A stretch of DNA of 64,000 bases from an uncultured Eubacteriales bacterium. GTDB taxonomy: Bacteria; Bacillota; Clostridia; Oscillospirales; Acutalibacteraceae. The position numbers were made by a program, and so were the translations under genes. Below, one piece after another: positions 26,601 through 35,728 of this stretch. Position 1 is the stretch's first letter. Each line of letters begins with the position of its first letter. The DNA is taken from contig CABUHY010000008.1 of assembly GCA_902491475.1 (NCBI GenBank), positions 1,986 to 65,985 on the forward strand, given 5' to 3'. Below the pieces are notes generated by a model that made no database searches, had not been told where the DNA came from, and saw only the letters and a list, made by a program, of their open reading frames with translations.

Positions 26601-29600
26601 TTGCCCTGTTTACAGCCGCTTCGTTATATACATAGGTTTCGGCATTATCCGTCCAGTCTATCGCAAAATCAGTTGGCAGCGACGCCTCGGTGGGTGTGTC
26701 TGCCGTCGACGGAATGTAAAGCTTGCCGACAAATGTATAACGGTATTGATTGTTATTGAGTTCCTGCGATTTAACAAGCGACATAGGAACATTTCTAACG
26801 CTTGAATCAAGCATACCCACATAGGTTACAACATCCTCTGGCGCCTGAGAGCCTACAAAGGTTGCGTAAATATACCAATTATTTGTCTGACCGGGAAGAT
26901 AGTAATACCAGCTGTCCTTGCCTATGTCAAAGGAGTCGTCTGACTTATAAAGACCGAATTTTTCCTTGTTGCTGCTGTTGTAGCCGTACCAGGTTTCGAG
27001 CATAAGCGAGTTACTGTTTTGAAGCTTTGCGGAAACCGATTCGCTTGCCGTAAAATCACCGCATTTTGCTTCAAGCATATGTATGCGTCCCGTATATGTA
27101 TTCTCGGGTAAATCATATGTGAGAGTCAGCCTGCCTCTCCTGTCGGTTACACCGCTTGCCACCGTATTTCCGTCAAGAGTTAAATCAACAACGCTTTCGG
27201 GAGCAGCCAAAATGCTTACTCCGTTATCATTTTCCGAAGCAGTGAGGGAATTCGGCATTAAGAACAGATTGCCTACGCTTACAAGCGTACTGCCGAGCGG
27301 TGCTGTTATACCGTCTGCCGTTGCACTGACCGATATGCTCACATTGCCCTCTTGTGCCGATGTAAGCGCAATATAGAACATTCCGCTTGAATTGTCGGTA
27401 TTGAAAATTATTGTGTTTCCGTCAATTGTATAATCAACGCCCTCGTTGAGCAACTTTGTTTTTGTATATGCTCTTTCAAGCGTTGTCGCCTCGGGAAGAG
27501 TTACGCTGACCGTTCCTTTTTTACCGTTTACAAACGAATAGTAAACTCTTACACGATAGCTTGAATTTGTAAGAACTCTGTTATTTTCCGCAACAACCGA
27601 GCTTGTATCCTTATTGAGGACGGAAGCGACATTTGTTTTGAGAATCGGTACGGTTATATCGGTTTCTTCTGTCTCGCCGTCTGTCACGGTCACACGGGTT
27701 TGTGCGTAATCCTTATCGCTTACAAGCCCAAGCACGGAAAGGGCGGAAATTGAAGCGACCGAGGAAAAGCTGTCATTTGCGTTGAAGGCGATTATTGTAT
27801 ATTCCCCTGCTCTAAGGCTGTCGGTAACGAGCAGTCCGCCGTTGCTTATACAGCCCTTAGATACAAGGCTTCCGTTTGAATTGAATACGAGTATGTTGTT
27901 GTCGCCCGCAAAATCACTGCTTGCGGTTATACCGAGCTTGCCCCACGGGGTAAGCTTAATTTCAAACACACCGCTTTCACGCTTTGCGGTAGCTTCGCTT
28001 CCCGTGCAGGAAACGCCGTCCGCATTGACGGAAAGTGTAATTTCCTGTGCGGTAACATTATCGGTAAGCGCAATATACGGGAACTGCAAGGTGTAGTCGG
28101 TGTCCTCTAAAAGTTCACTGCCGTCTGCCGACAAAACAAGCGAAATCTCGTCAAAACTTGAGACGCTCTCGCCCGTAAAGTCAACACGCATAAGCTTGTT
28201 GGCGGGAACCTTGTCGCTCTGCGTAAATGTGATTTCGCCCAAATCCCATTTTTCGGAAATTGCCTGTTTTATAAAATGCTTGTCGTAATAGCCGTTGAGC
28301 GAAACTCTGACGCCCACATCCGCACCCTTGTCGGCAAGAGCTGAGAATTTACCGTCTGTTACGCTTACGGGCAATTCGCTTGAATTGATATAGAGCTTAA
28401 CCTTTGCGCCCTCGGGAACATTACCCGTAACCGCAAAAGCCTCGTCTGGTATTGCATAGAATTCAAAGGTCGAGTCATCTTTATCCGTTTCGTTGAGATA
28501 TTCAAGATAGAGATTGTACGGTGCGGAATTTTCGCCGTTTGAATTGAACTCGTACGCACGGACGATTATATGCATATTGTCGTTGGTCCAGCCGAACGGA
28601 GACTGACTTGTTGAAGCCTCAAATTCAACATCTCTGTTTCTTATTTCGAAGGTAATCGGGTTTTCGCCTGTGCCGCAATATTCAAATGCGCTCTCGCCGA
28701 CATAGCTTACGGTTTCGGGGAAAACAACCGTTGTGCCTGCAAGAGAGTCGCAGTTTGCGAATGCCCACAGTTCTATTCTCTCAACACCGTTTTCGATGTT
28801 AAGTCCGCTGATTTCCGTTCCCTCAAAGGCATAAGCGCCTATGGTTTTAACCGTTGACGGAATATTTAATGTTCCCTCTATCGGGCACATGGTAAACGCA
28901 GACTCGCCGATCGTTTCAACGCCTGACGAAATCGTAACGCTTTTAAGCTTTGATTGGTTCAAGTCCGTATTGTTGTTGCCGAACGCACATTCGCCTATTG
29001 TCTTTATGTGCGAGGGTATCGTTACGCTCTCAAAGGAGCAGTTTGAAAACGCACCGTCACCGATTTCCGTAACGCTCGGGAAAGCAACTCCCTCTTCGTA
29101 AACGGACTGCGGAAGCGATATGCAGTTTGAAAAGCCCGTAAGCACCGTAAGACCGCATTCCTCAGGCCATACTACCTCCGAGAGAGATTGACAGTTGTCA
29201 AACGCACCTTTTCCGATCACTTCAATGGTTTCGGGAATTGAAATTGAAGTAATTGCCGCCTTTTCAAATGCAAATTCGCCGATTTCCGTAAGTGACGGCG
29301 AGAGTTTTACAGAGCAAAGCTTATCGTCGCCGTAAAACGCCTCGTTATCTATTATTGTAAGGTTATTAAATGCGGAAAAATCAACGCTTTCAAGCGCAAA
29401 GCAGTATTTAAGAGCCTCTGCATCTATCTCCTCCAACGATGTCGGAAGTAAAAGAGTTGAAAGCTTATAACAATCTCTGAAACAGCTTGACGGCAATACC
29501 TTCAACTGCTTACAAGCGGAAAGATCCGCACTTTCGAGCTGTTCACACTGTGAGAAAGCACTCATACCCAAGGTTTTTATTCCCTCGGGAAGCCGAACTG

Positions 29601-30327
29601 TTGTAAGCGGCGTGAAGTTAAAAGCGTCATCGCCTATACTTTCAAGCATAACATAAAGGGAAAGGTCAATATCGGTAAGGCTTGTGCAGGATTGAAATGC
29701 ACCCTTGCCGATTGATTTGACGGTAAGCGGTAATTTAACAGAAGTCAGGCTTTTATTTCTGCAAAATACATCTTCATTTATTACGGTAAGCCCCGAACAG
29801 CTTGAAAGGTCTATTGAGGTAAGTCCGCTGTTTGCAAACGCCGTCGCTCCAAGCTCTGTAAGGCTGCTCGGAAGCGAAACGGAGGTCAGCGCCTTTGCAT
29901 CGTCAAAAGCCATCTCTCCGATAGAAGTCAAGTTACCGCACGCCGAAAAGTCAACCGTTGACAGGTTCTCACAGCCGTAAAAAGCCCATTCGCTTATTTT
30001 TTCAAGCGTGGACGGCAGTTTAACAGAAACCAACGCGCTGTGGTCAACGACATAAGAGTTGTTTTGGAACGCATATGCGTCAATAGCCTTTATGGGAAGC
30101 CCGTCTACGGTATCGGGAAAATCGATTTCCGTAACCGAAGCCTCGCCGCCCGTTATTACTATGCTGTCGTTTTCTATTCTGTATGTAACCTTGCCCCCGA
30201 CAGCGTCAAAGCTGCCCGTTACCGCCTCCTCCGCAAATGCCGAGAGCGGAACCGCCGAGAGCATCATACACATTATCAGCAAAAAGCTGATAAAACGCTT
30301 CAATGTGAATGTTTTTTCCCTTTTCAT
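23635..30327 (-). CDS. Giant (2230 aa) secreted cell-surface protein: signal peptide, BspA-type leucine-rich repeats, beta-sandwich/Ig-like modules, uncharacterised helical core, three C-terminal SLH domains
   Basis: This is a single uninterrupted ORF. The signal peptide is MKREKTFTLKRFISFLLIMCMMLSAVPLSAFA. Repeated units of the form L.S...P.S...IG..AF..C..L fill the N-terminal quarter. Further motifs include DPSGTVYEAV and a chitobiase-C-like module (VTVYYTTDD...YTAPITITENVKFRIAAY). The SLH repeats include FPDVASGEWY and FSDVPTNDYY. Confidence 0.85.
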   Translation of the reverse strand: MKREKTFTLKRFISFLLIMCMMLSAVPLSAFAEEAVTGSFDAVGGKVTYRIENDSIVITGGEASVTEIDFPDTVDGLPIKAIDAYAFQNNSYVVDHSALVSVKLPSTLEKISEWAFYGCENLSTVDFSACGNLTSIGEMAFDDAKALTSVSLPSSLTELGATAFANSGLTSIDLSSCSGLTVINEDVFCRNKSLTSVKLPLTVKSIGKGAFQSCTSLTDIDLSLYVMLESIGDDAFNFTPLTTVRLPEGIKTLGMSAFSQCEQLESADLSACKQLKVLPSSCFRDCYKLSTLLLPTSLEEIDAEALKYCFALESVDFSAFNNLTIIDNEAFYGDDKLCSVKLSPSLTEIGEFAFEKAAITSISIPETIEVIGKGAFDNCQSLSEVVWPEECGLTVLTGFSNCISLPQSVYEEGVAFPSVTEIGDGAFSNCSFESVTIPSHIKTIGECAFGNNNTDLNQSKLKSVTISSGVETIGESAFTMCPIEGTLNIPSTVKTIGAYAFEGTEISGLNIENGVERIELWAFANCDSLAGTTVVFPETVSYVGESAFEYCGTGENPITFEIRNRDVEFEASTSQSPFGWTNDNMHIIVRAYEFNSNGENSAPYNLYLEYLNETDKDDSTFEFYAIPDEAFAVTGNVPEGAKVKLYINSSELPVSVTDGKFSALADKGADVGVRVSLNGYYDKHFIKQAISEKWDLGEITFTQSDKVPANKLMRVDFTGESVSSFDEISLVLSADGSELLEDTDYTLQFPYIALTDNVTAQEITLSVNADGVSCTGSEATAKRESGVFEIKLTPWGKLGITASSDFAGDNNILVFNSNGSLVSKGCISNGGLLVTDSLRAGEYTIIAFNANDSFSSVASISALSVLGLVSDKDYAQTRVTVTDGETEETDITVPILKTNVASVLNKDTSSVVAENNRVLTNSSYRVRVYYSFVNGKKGTVSVTLPEATTLERAYTKTKLLNEGVDYTIDGNTIIFNTDNSSGMFYIALTSAQEGNVSISVSATADGITAPLGSTLVSVGNLFLMPNSLTASENDNGVSILAAPESVVDLTLDGNTVASGVTDRRGRLTLTYDLPENTYTGRIHMLEAKCGDFTASESVSAKLQNSNSLMLETWYGYNSSNKEKFGLYKSDDSFDIGKDSWYYYLPGQTNNWYIYATFVGSQAPEDVVTYVGMLDSSVRNVPMSLVKSQELNNNQYRYTFVGKLYIPSTADTPTEASLPTDFAIDWTDNAETYVYNEAAVNRAKMLASQETENRERMITRLLEQIDTSEIDEDCSQYIFGAKYRVTGEDWFKALPEDGKNLFYSLEKSIDDSMQAITDMLGLPKNITEYGSWDEVYEAMGMTVKTNTKSADELRADGYTVCETANGFTAYKEIEKTSVLAKFKALFSKTATQEVPNVTGFSFVDENGNQVDFEGDAYDNTNQAVVNNAFGVTSELIDAVKDYAEMHPEVTTNQIKNIKAAGQIVGGVGNALSLYALWQDASGMADWEKRSAELGGYIDELKLYENRYSKDYFCSFAIMQERHAAELLKIYIDAETKRSKRNSVMGGVFILGGIFDVTGTASTVSGAVYDTMSSEQGIHNAEMINKYLKELNKLSVERQLQCKNTDMEKIMQKTRRVAKASPLIDPSGTVYEAVESNTLSGVKASVWYAEEENGTNAKLWDAESYGQINPQITDKAGMYAWDVPAGWWQVRFEKDGYLPSETEWLPVPPPQVGLTTAMVSTEAPEVVSAKAYPDYIEVMFSQYMNTAKQLSLPDGMTAQWQDIENGYSKVLHITKQGGFEKETNVTLTLDGAENYAGTALPSYSQQLTVNARPAEIVLNYDSVISSKSGVERNVTVRIKDADGNYMPNVTLEAVVGNTEFAAVSNKQTVTDENGVAVFRLQTLLPGYTDITFSVVDTSLKKTVDLDITLEENRPERPTAKIGSTEFTADNPKENFITVKSGEQLEIFAQDGVTVYYTTDDTCPCQNSESRKIYTAPITITENVKFRIAAYKDGMDYSERLNITVTVEKEHTHTYDDGVVTTLPTFDKEGVKTYTCTVCKETKTEPIAKLKPFPDVASGEWYCNAIAFNVAKGYFHGYANGYFGPGNNIQRQDFVVVLSKIAGTDLSAYAGQNGGFSDVPTNDYYSAAVAWAKDNHILSGYANGKFGVGDPITREQACLIFYNYCNGSVSGNVNTVLAGYPDGGNVSDWARTAVAWAAENHVVGGNGKLNPAGNANRAEMAQIIMNMSLNGIL
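23638..24180 (-). other. Three tandem SLH (S-layer homology) domains of the giant protein
   Basis: Residues about 2050-2230 form three units of about 60 aa. They start FPDVASGEWY, FSDVPTNDYY and YPDGGNVSDW. The units contain motifs such as ITREQA and ANRAEMAQ. Confidence 0.8.
28620..30110 (-). other. Leucine-rich repeat (BspA/LRR_5-like) block of the giant protein
   Basis: Roughly 20 degenerate units of 22-25 aa between residues about 75 and 570. Boundaries were judged by eye. Confidence 0.65.
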
Positions 30328-30508
30328 AACAAACCTCGCAATCCTCTTTTATTTTGCAATATTCTTACTTAACATTATATATCGTTATACTGTTATGAAA
30401 AAGGAGCGTTTCCGAAAAGTCAAATGCCAAAACAGAAATTTCGGTGCCCGAAATGTCGATAAAAACCGATAAAATTCAACAAGTTACCGATTTTATTCGC
30501 AAATTCTC

Positions 30509-30537
30509 TTGACAACATTGAATATTGAGAATATAAT
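30509..30537 (+). promoter_or_regulatory. Consensus SigA promoter of the ABC importer operon
   Basis: TTGACA (30509-30514), 17-nt spacer, TATAAT (30532-30537). Confidence 0.65.
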
Positions 30538-30597
30538 TAGTCCATACTTTAGCGGCTTAAAGCGCTAAACAAACAAAACACGAAGGGAAAAACAGTT

Positions 30598-31587
30598 ATG
30601 AAAAAGACAGTAAAAGCAATCATCAGCGTCGTACTTGTTGCCGCTCTTGTCGTAGCTTGCTTCACGGCTTGCTCGAACAGCACAGGCACAAACAGCGCCA
30701 AGGTTTATAAAGTAGGCATTTGTCAGCTTACTCAGCACGAGGCTCTCGACGCCGCAACAAAGGGCTTCAGAGACGCTCTTACCGAAAGGCTCGGCGACCA
30801 GGTTGTATTTGACGAGCAGAACGCTTCGGGCGAATCGACAAACTGCACTACAATCGTTTCAAAGTTCGTTTCGGATAAGGTTGACCTTATTCTTGCAAAC
30901 GCTACTCCCGCTCTTACGGCGGCTACGGAAGCTACAAGCACTATTCCGATTGTCGGCACATCAATCACAGACTATGCAACAGCATTGGCTATCAGCGATT
31001 GGAACGGCAAGACAGGTATCAATGTAACAGGTACCGCTGACTTGGCTCCGCTTAAAGACCAGGCTGCTATGATTAAAGAGCTTGTTCCCGACGCTAAAAC
31101 GGTAGGTATCCTCTACTGCTCGGCAGAGCCGAACTCAAAGTATCAGTCAGACATCGTTGAGGCTGAACTCAAGACTCTCGGTTACGAAGTTAAGGTTTAC
31201 ACATTCGTTGACTCAAACGATGTTCTCGCAGTTACACAGTCGGCTGTTCAGAACTGCCAGGCTCTTTACATCCCGACAGATAACACGGCAGCTTCAAACA
31301 CAGACCTTATCAACTCCGTTGCCGAACCCGCAAAGGTTCCGATTATCGCAGGCGAGGAAGGCATCTGCAAGGGCTGCGGTATCGCTACTCTTTCAATCAG
31401 TTACTATGACATCGGCTACAAGGCAGGTCTTATGGCTTACGAAATACTTGTAAACGGCGCTAACCCCGCTGAAATGGAAATTGCTTATGCCGATTCGACA
31501 ACGAAGAAGTACATTGCTGACCGTGCCGCAGCTATCGGCGTTACTATCCCCGACGGCTACGAGGCAATCACTGTTTCGGCAGAATAA
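30598..31587 (+). CDS. ABC transporter substrate-binding lipoprotein (ABC_sub_bind / BMP-like family)
   Basis: 329 aa with a lipobox (VACFTAC). The fold pattern is periplasmic-binding (VGICQLTQHEALDAATKGF...YIPTDNT). A stem-loop at about 31609-31632 follows the gene. Confidence 0.8.
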   Translation: MKKTVKAIISVVLVAALVVACFTACSNSTGTNSAKVYKVGICQLTQHEALDAATKGFRDALTERLGDQVVFDEQNASGESTNCTTIVSKFVSDKVDLILANATPALTAATEATSTIPIVGTSITDYATALAISDWNGKTGINVTGTADLAPLKDQAAMIKELVPDAKTVGILYCSAEPNSKYQSDIVEAELKTLGYEVKVYTFVDSNDVLAVTQSAVQNCQALYIPTDNTAASNTDLINSVAEPAKVPIIAGEEGICKGCGIATLSISYYDIGYKAGLMAYEILVNGANPAEMEIAYADSTTKKYIADRAAAIGVTIPDGYEAITVSAE

Positions 31588-31668
31588 TTTAATACGGTAA
31601 CATTTTGCAGAAGCGATAAGGTTACTTATCGCTTTTGCGTTTTATTATAATGAGGAGCATGTGAATTT

Positions 31669-32598
31669 ATGACACAGGTTTTACAGTTTATACAGTCTCT
31701 CCCCTCTCCGATAGCACAGGGCTTCATTTGGGGAATTATGGCTATCGGTGTTTACATTACATATAAAATACTCGATCTTGCCGATCTGACCGTAGACGGT
31801 TCTTTTGCTACGGGCGGAGCGGTTCTTGTTGTTTTAACGACAAAAGGCGTAAACATCTACCTTGCGCTGCTTATAGCATTTGTTGCAGGCTGTCTTGCAG
31901 GTCTTGTAACGGGTATTTTCCACACGAAGTTCGGTATTCCCGCTATTCTTTCGGGTATTCTTACCCAGCTTGCGCTCTATTCGATTAACCTGCGAATTAT
32001 GAGCGGTAAGGCAAACACTTCGATAAGCAAAAGGAACTTTGACCTTATTATCACATCAAGCGCTGACGAACTCGGCAGAACGATACTTGTATGCGCAATA
32101 TTCGTGGCGGTGCTTATCGGCGTTCTCTATTGGTTCTTCGGCACAGAGCTCGGTAACTCCATAAGGGCTACGGGCTGCAACCAGGCAATGGCAAGAGCAA
32201 ACGGTATCAACACCGATTCAAGAAAAATTATCGGACTTATCCTTTCAAACGGTATTGTCGCTATGTCGGGCGCATTGCTCGCACAGTTTAACGGCTGCTC
32301 GGACATCAATATGGGCAGAGGCGCAATCGTTATCGGTCTTGCGGCTGTTATCATCGGCGAGGTTATCTTCGGTAAAATATTCAAGAACTTTGCTTTGAGA
32401 CTTCTCTCGGCAGTAATCGGCGGCGTTATCTATTACATAGTAATTGCGCTCGTATTGAAGCTCGGTTTGAGCGCAAACGACCTCAAGCTTCTTTCGGCTT
32501 GCGTCGTTGCGGTATTCCTCGGTATCCCCTACTGGAAAGCCAAGGTTGCGGCAAAGCATGTAAAGAACGAAGAAAAGGCAGGTGCTCAGAATGCTTGA
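31669..32598 (+). CDS. ABC transporter permease (branched-chain/sugar-type BPD_transp_2 fold)
   Basis: 309 aa, polytopic, immediately upstream of and overlapping the ATPase gene. Confidence 0.8.
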   Translation: MTQVLQFIQSLPSPIAQGFIWGIMAIGVYITYKILDLADLTVDGSFATGGAVLVVLTTKGVNIYLALLIAFVAGCLAGLVTGIFHTKFGIPAILSGILTQLALYSINLRIMSGKANTSISKRNFDLIITSSADELGRTILVCAIFVAVLIGVLYWFFGTELGNSIRATGCNQAMARANGINTDSRKIIGLILSNGIVAMSGALLAQFNGCSDINMGRGAIVIGLAAVIIGEVIFGKIFKNFALRLLSAVIGGVIYYIVIALVLKLGLSANDLKLLSACVVAVFLGIPYWKAKVAAKHVKNEEKAGAQNA

Positions 32599-33385
32599 AA
32601 TTAAAGGCGTATATAAAACATTCAATCCCGGTACAATTAACGAAAAGAAAGCCCTTAAAGGCATTGATTTGACTCTCAACGAGGGCGATTTTGTAACGGT
32701 AATCGGCGGTAACGGTGCAGGTAAATCAACGCTCTTCAATATGATAGCGGGCGTTTATCCCGTTGACTGCGGCACAATAAAGGTTGACGGCGAGGATATC
32801 ACAAAGCTTCCCGAATACAAGCGTGCAAAGTATATGAGCCGTGTATTCCAGGACCCGATGACGGGAACTGCGGCTGATATGCAGATTGAAGAAAACCTTT
32901 CAATCGCCGCAAGACGAGGAAAGCCCAGAACGCTCAAAAAAGGCGTTACAAAAAAAGAAAGGGAAGAATACCGCACACTCCTCAAAAGGCTTGATTTGGG
33001 CCTTGAGGACAGGCTCACATCAAAGGTAGGTCTCCTCTCGGGCGGTCAGAGACAGGCTATCACTCTTTTGATGGCTTCGCTTATGCATCCGAAGCTTTTG
33101 CTTCTCGACGAGCACACGGCGGCTCTTGACCCCGCAACAGCTGCTAAGGTTCTTAAAATAACAGACGAAATCGTTACCGAAAACAATATAACGACCGTTA
33201 TGATTACTCATAATATGAAAGACGCCATAAGGCTCGGAAACAGGCTTATTATGATGTATGACGGCAAGATAATTTATGATGTTTCGGGCGAAGAAAAGAA
33301 GAACCTCAAGGTTCAGGACCTTCTCGAACTGTTCGCCAAGGCAAGCAACGGCGAATTTGCAAACGACAGAATGATGCTTTCATAA
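32591..33385 (+). CDS. ABC transporter ATP-binding protein
   Basis: The ATG at 32591 overlaps the permease stop by 8 nt. Walker A is GGNGAGKST, the signature is LSGGQRQ and Walker B is LLLDEHTAALD. Confidence 0.9.
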   Translation: MLEIKGVYKTFNPGTINEKKALKGIDLTLNEGDFVTVIGGNGAGKSTLFNMIAGVYPVDCGTIKVDGEDITKLPEYKRAKYMSRVFQDPMTGTAADMQIEENLSIAARRGKPRTLKKGVTKKEREEYRTLLKRLDLGLEDRLTSKVGLLSGGQRQAITLLMASLMHPKLLLLDEHTAALDPATAAKVLKITDEIVTENNITTVMITHNMKDAIRLGNRLIMMYDGKIIYDVSGEEKKNLKVQDLLELFAKASNGEFANDRMMLS

Positions 33386-33402
33386 CTCTTACATAAAACA
33401 CC

Positions 33403-33442
33403 GCACTCCGTTCACTTATGCTAGTGAACGGAGTGCTTTTTT
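33403..33442. terminator. Rho-independent terminator between convergent operons
   Basis: Perfect 13-bp stem gcactccgttcac / gtgaacggagtgc followed by TTTTTT. Confidence 0.75.
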
Positions 33443-33494
33443 GGGCAAAAATATACCTCCGATAATCATCGGAGGCAGAAATATGAGTATTTGA

Positions 33495-34931
33495 TTAAAG
33501 AGCGGATACGACATCGTTGATTGTCTTATCCCCTGCCGCCTTGCCGTATTTCTCGACAAGCATTTTGTTCTTTTCGTCGCCGTGAGTAAGGCAGCCTGCG
33601 CCGTTGATACAACCGCCCATACAAGCCATACCCTCGATAAAGTTGGCGTCGAGAACGCCCTTGCTCTTTTTAAGCAAAGCAAGCTTACACTGCTCGATAC
33701 CGTCGCAGACAACGGGCTTCAACTGAAACTCGGTATTGCCCTGTTCCTTGAGAGCCTCGCACGCAGCCTGTGAAAGTCCGCCGCTGTGTGCGAAAATTCT
33801 GCCGAAATAGGAAGCGTCGTCAAGCTCGCTTTCCTCAAGCTCGACAATATCTATTTCACGGCTGTCAAGCAATGCCTGCAATTCCTCAAAGGTAAGAACA
33901 CAGTCGACATAATCCTTGACGGTGTCAAGCTGAAATTCCTTTTTCTTTGAAGTGCACGGTCCGATAAACACTATCTTTGAATCGGGGTCCTTTTCCTTTA
34001 TGTACTTGGAGACCGCCGCCATAGGAGACAAATTGTGCGAAATAAGCGGTACCAAATCGGGATGATTTGCTTTGATATAAGCGACAAATGCAGGACAGCA
34101 CGAGCTTGTTAAAAAACCTTTCTCGGCGAGCTCCTGCGCCTCTGATTTTGCAACTATATCGGCACCGAGAGCCGCCTCGACAACCTTTGAAAAGCCGAGC
34201 TTTTTAATTCCCGAAACTACCTGACCCGTTTTCGCATATGTAAACTGACTTGCGATAGACGGAGCGACAACGGCATAAAGATTGCCCTTGAAAGCGCCGC
34301 TTATCTTATCCTTGAGCATATCTACGACATTCACAATGTATGACTTGTCGCTTATTGCGCCGAAAGGACACTGATAAACGCATGCTCCGCACGAAATGCA
34401 CTTTTCGTTTTTAATGGAAGCCGCATTTTTCTCGTTAATTGTAAGCGCCTTAACCTTACAAGCGTTCTGGCAGGGTCTTTTACGGTTTACGATAGCGGAA
34501 TACGGGCATACCTTAGCGCACTGACCGCAGTTCACACACTTTGATTTGTCAATGTGTGCAACATGGTTCTGGTCAAAGGAAAGAGCGCCTTTTTTGCAGA
34601 CATCCTCACACCTGTGAGCAAGACAGCCGCGGCACGAATCGGTAACCTCGTAGCCTGCCGACGGACATTCGTCGCAAGCGATGTCAATTACTTCGATTAC
34701 ATTCGGATTTTCCCTGTTGCCGCCCATTGCAAGCTTAACACGCTCAGACAGGATTGCCCTTTCTTTATACACGCAGCAACGCATTGTGGGTTCGTCGCCG
34801 GGAACGACTATCATCGGTATGTCAAGTAAATTCTGATAAAGCGTTCCGTGCCATTCCTGTTTAGCGACTTCGCGCAGTACCTTATATTTAAGGTACTGCA
34901 CTTTAGTGTCAAATTTTCTTAACTTTTCCAT
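33495..34931 (-). CDS. [FeFe]-hydrogenase-like protein (ferredoxin-type 4Fe-4S domains plus H-cluster domain)
   Basis: 478 aa with two CxxCxxCxxxCP motifs (CVNCGQCAKVCP, CISCGACVYQCP). The H-cluster-like motifs are TSSCCPAF, GPCTSKKKE and EGMACMGGCINGAG. Confidence 0.75.
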   Translation of the reverse strand: MEKLRKFDTKVQYLKYKVLREVAKQEWHGTLYQNLLDIPMIVVPGDEPTMRCCVYKERAILSERVKLAMGGNRENPNVIEVIDIACDECPSAGYEVTDSCRGCLAHRCEDVCKKGALSFDQNHVAHIDKSKCVNCGQCAKVCPYSAIVNRKRPCQNACKVKALTINEKNAASIKNEKCISCGACVYQCPFGAISDKSYIVNVVDMLKDKISGAFKGNLYAVVAPSIASQFTYAKTGQVVSGIKKLGFSKVVEAALGADIVAKSEAQELAEKGFLTSSCCPAFVAYIKANHPDLVPLISHNLSPMAAVSKYIKEKDPDSKIVFIGPCTSKKKEFQLDTVKDYVDCVLTFEELQALLDSREIDIVELEESELDDASYFGRIFAHSGGLSQAACEALKEQGNTEFQLKPVVCDGIEQCKLALLKKSKGVLDANFIEGMACMGGCINGAGCLTHGDEKNKMLVEKYGKAAGDKTINDVVSAL

Positions 34932-34951
34932 TCACAAACCACTCTTATAGA

Positions 34952-35701
34952 TTATTCGTACTCAACAACATCAGTCCAGCTCAAAAGGAACTGTCTCTCC
35001 TCTTCATTACCTTTAACTGACTGTGATGCGGCTACGATGGGCAGCCACTTTTCAACGTACTGTTTAGCAGTATCGCTCTTTTTGCAGAAAATGTCAAGAT
35101 ATTTTTTTGCGGTTTCTTCATTTCCTTTAAGACAGAAAAGAAGATAAGTCCTTGCAGCGTCCGCAGAAGCGTTACCCTGGGTTGCGTGCGACCAGTCGAT
35201 TACATAATATTTACCGTCTTTTGTAACAATAATATTTGAGGGGTTGAGGTCGCCATGGCAAACCTTTTTATGCTTGGGCATTCCCTCAAGGCGTGAGTGA
35301 AGTTCATATCTTGTGGTTGCGTCAAGGTCTGCTTCGGAGATTTTCCTGTTCATTTTATCCTTTAATTTGTTAAGCAAAGGACAGGTCTTGGACTGAATTT
35401 CAAGCTGAATGTCAACAAGAGTGTTGAGGTATTCGTCAAGCTTATCGGGATTTTTCTCCATAAGCTCGGCAAGGGTTTCGCCCTCGATAAACTCGGAAAC
35501 AATTGCCCATTTACCGTCAAGAGTTGTGACCTCGAGAACCTTGGGAATATTGAGTCCCGTCTCCTCGATTCTTGCCTGATTGAGAGCTTCGTTAAGTACA
35601 TCCGCCTTTGAATAATCCTTATCAAAGACCTTAATGCACTTGTCGCCGTCTCTGTAAACCTTTTTTGCTTTTCTTACGGCAATAACATTATCTAATTTCA
35701 T
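34952..35701 (-). CDS. APH/choline-kinase-like small-molecule kinase family protein
   Basis: Start at the ATG at 35701, with an AGGAGG RBS. The catalytic loop is HGDLNPSNIIV and the metal-binding motif is VIDWSHA. Confidence 0.7.
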   Translation of the reverse strand: MKLDNVIAVRKAKKVYRDGDKCIKVFDKDYSKADVLNEALNQARIEETGLNIPKVLEVTTLDGKWAIVSEFIEGETLAELMEKNPDKLDEYLNTLVDIQLEIQSKTCPLLNKLKDKMNRKISEADLDATTRYELHSRLEGMPKHKKVCHGDLNPSNIIVTKDGKYYVIDWSHATQGNASADAARTYLLFCLKGNEETAKKYLDIFCKKSDTAKQYVEKWLPIVAASQSVKGNEEERQFLLSWTDVVEYE

Positions 35702-35728
35702 AAAACAAACCTCCTGATATATCAAAGT

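Noticed and set aside
30395-30472. A 25-aa mini-ORF (MKKERFRKVKCQNRNFGARNVDKNR) in the divergent spacer between the giant gene and the ABC operon.
   Set aside because: The only purine-rich stretch resembling an RBS (AAAAAGGAG) lies inside its own first codons. It has no recognisable peptide family, and it sits where the giant gene's promoter region is expected.
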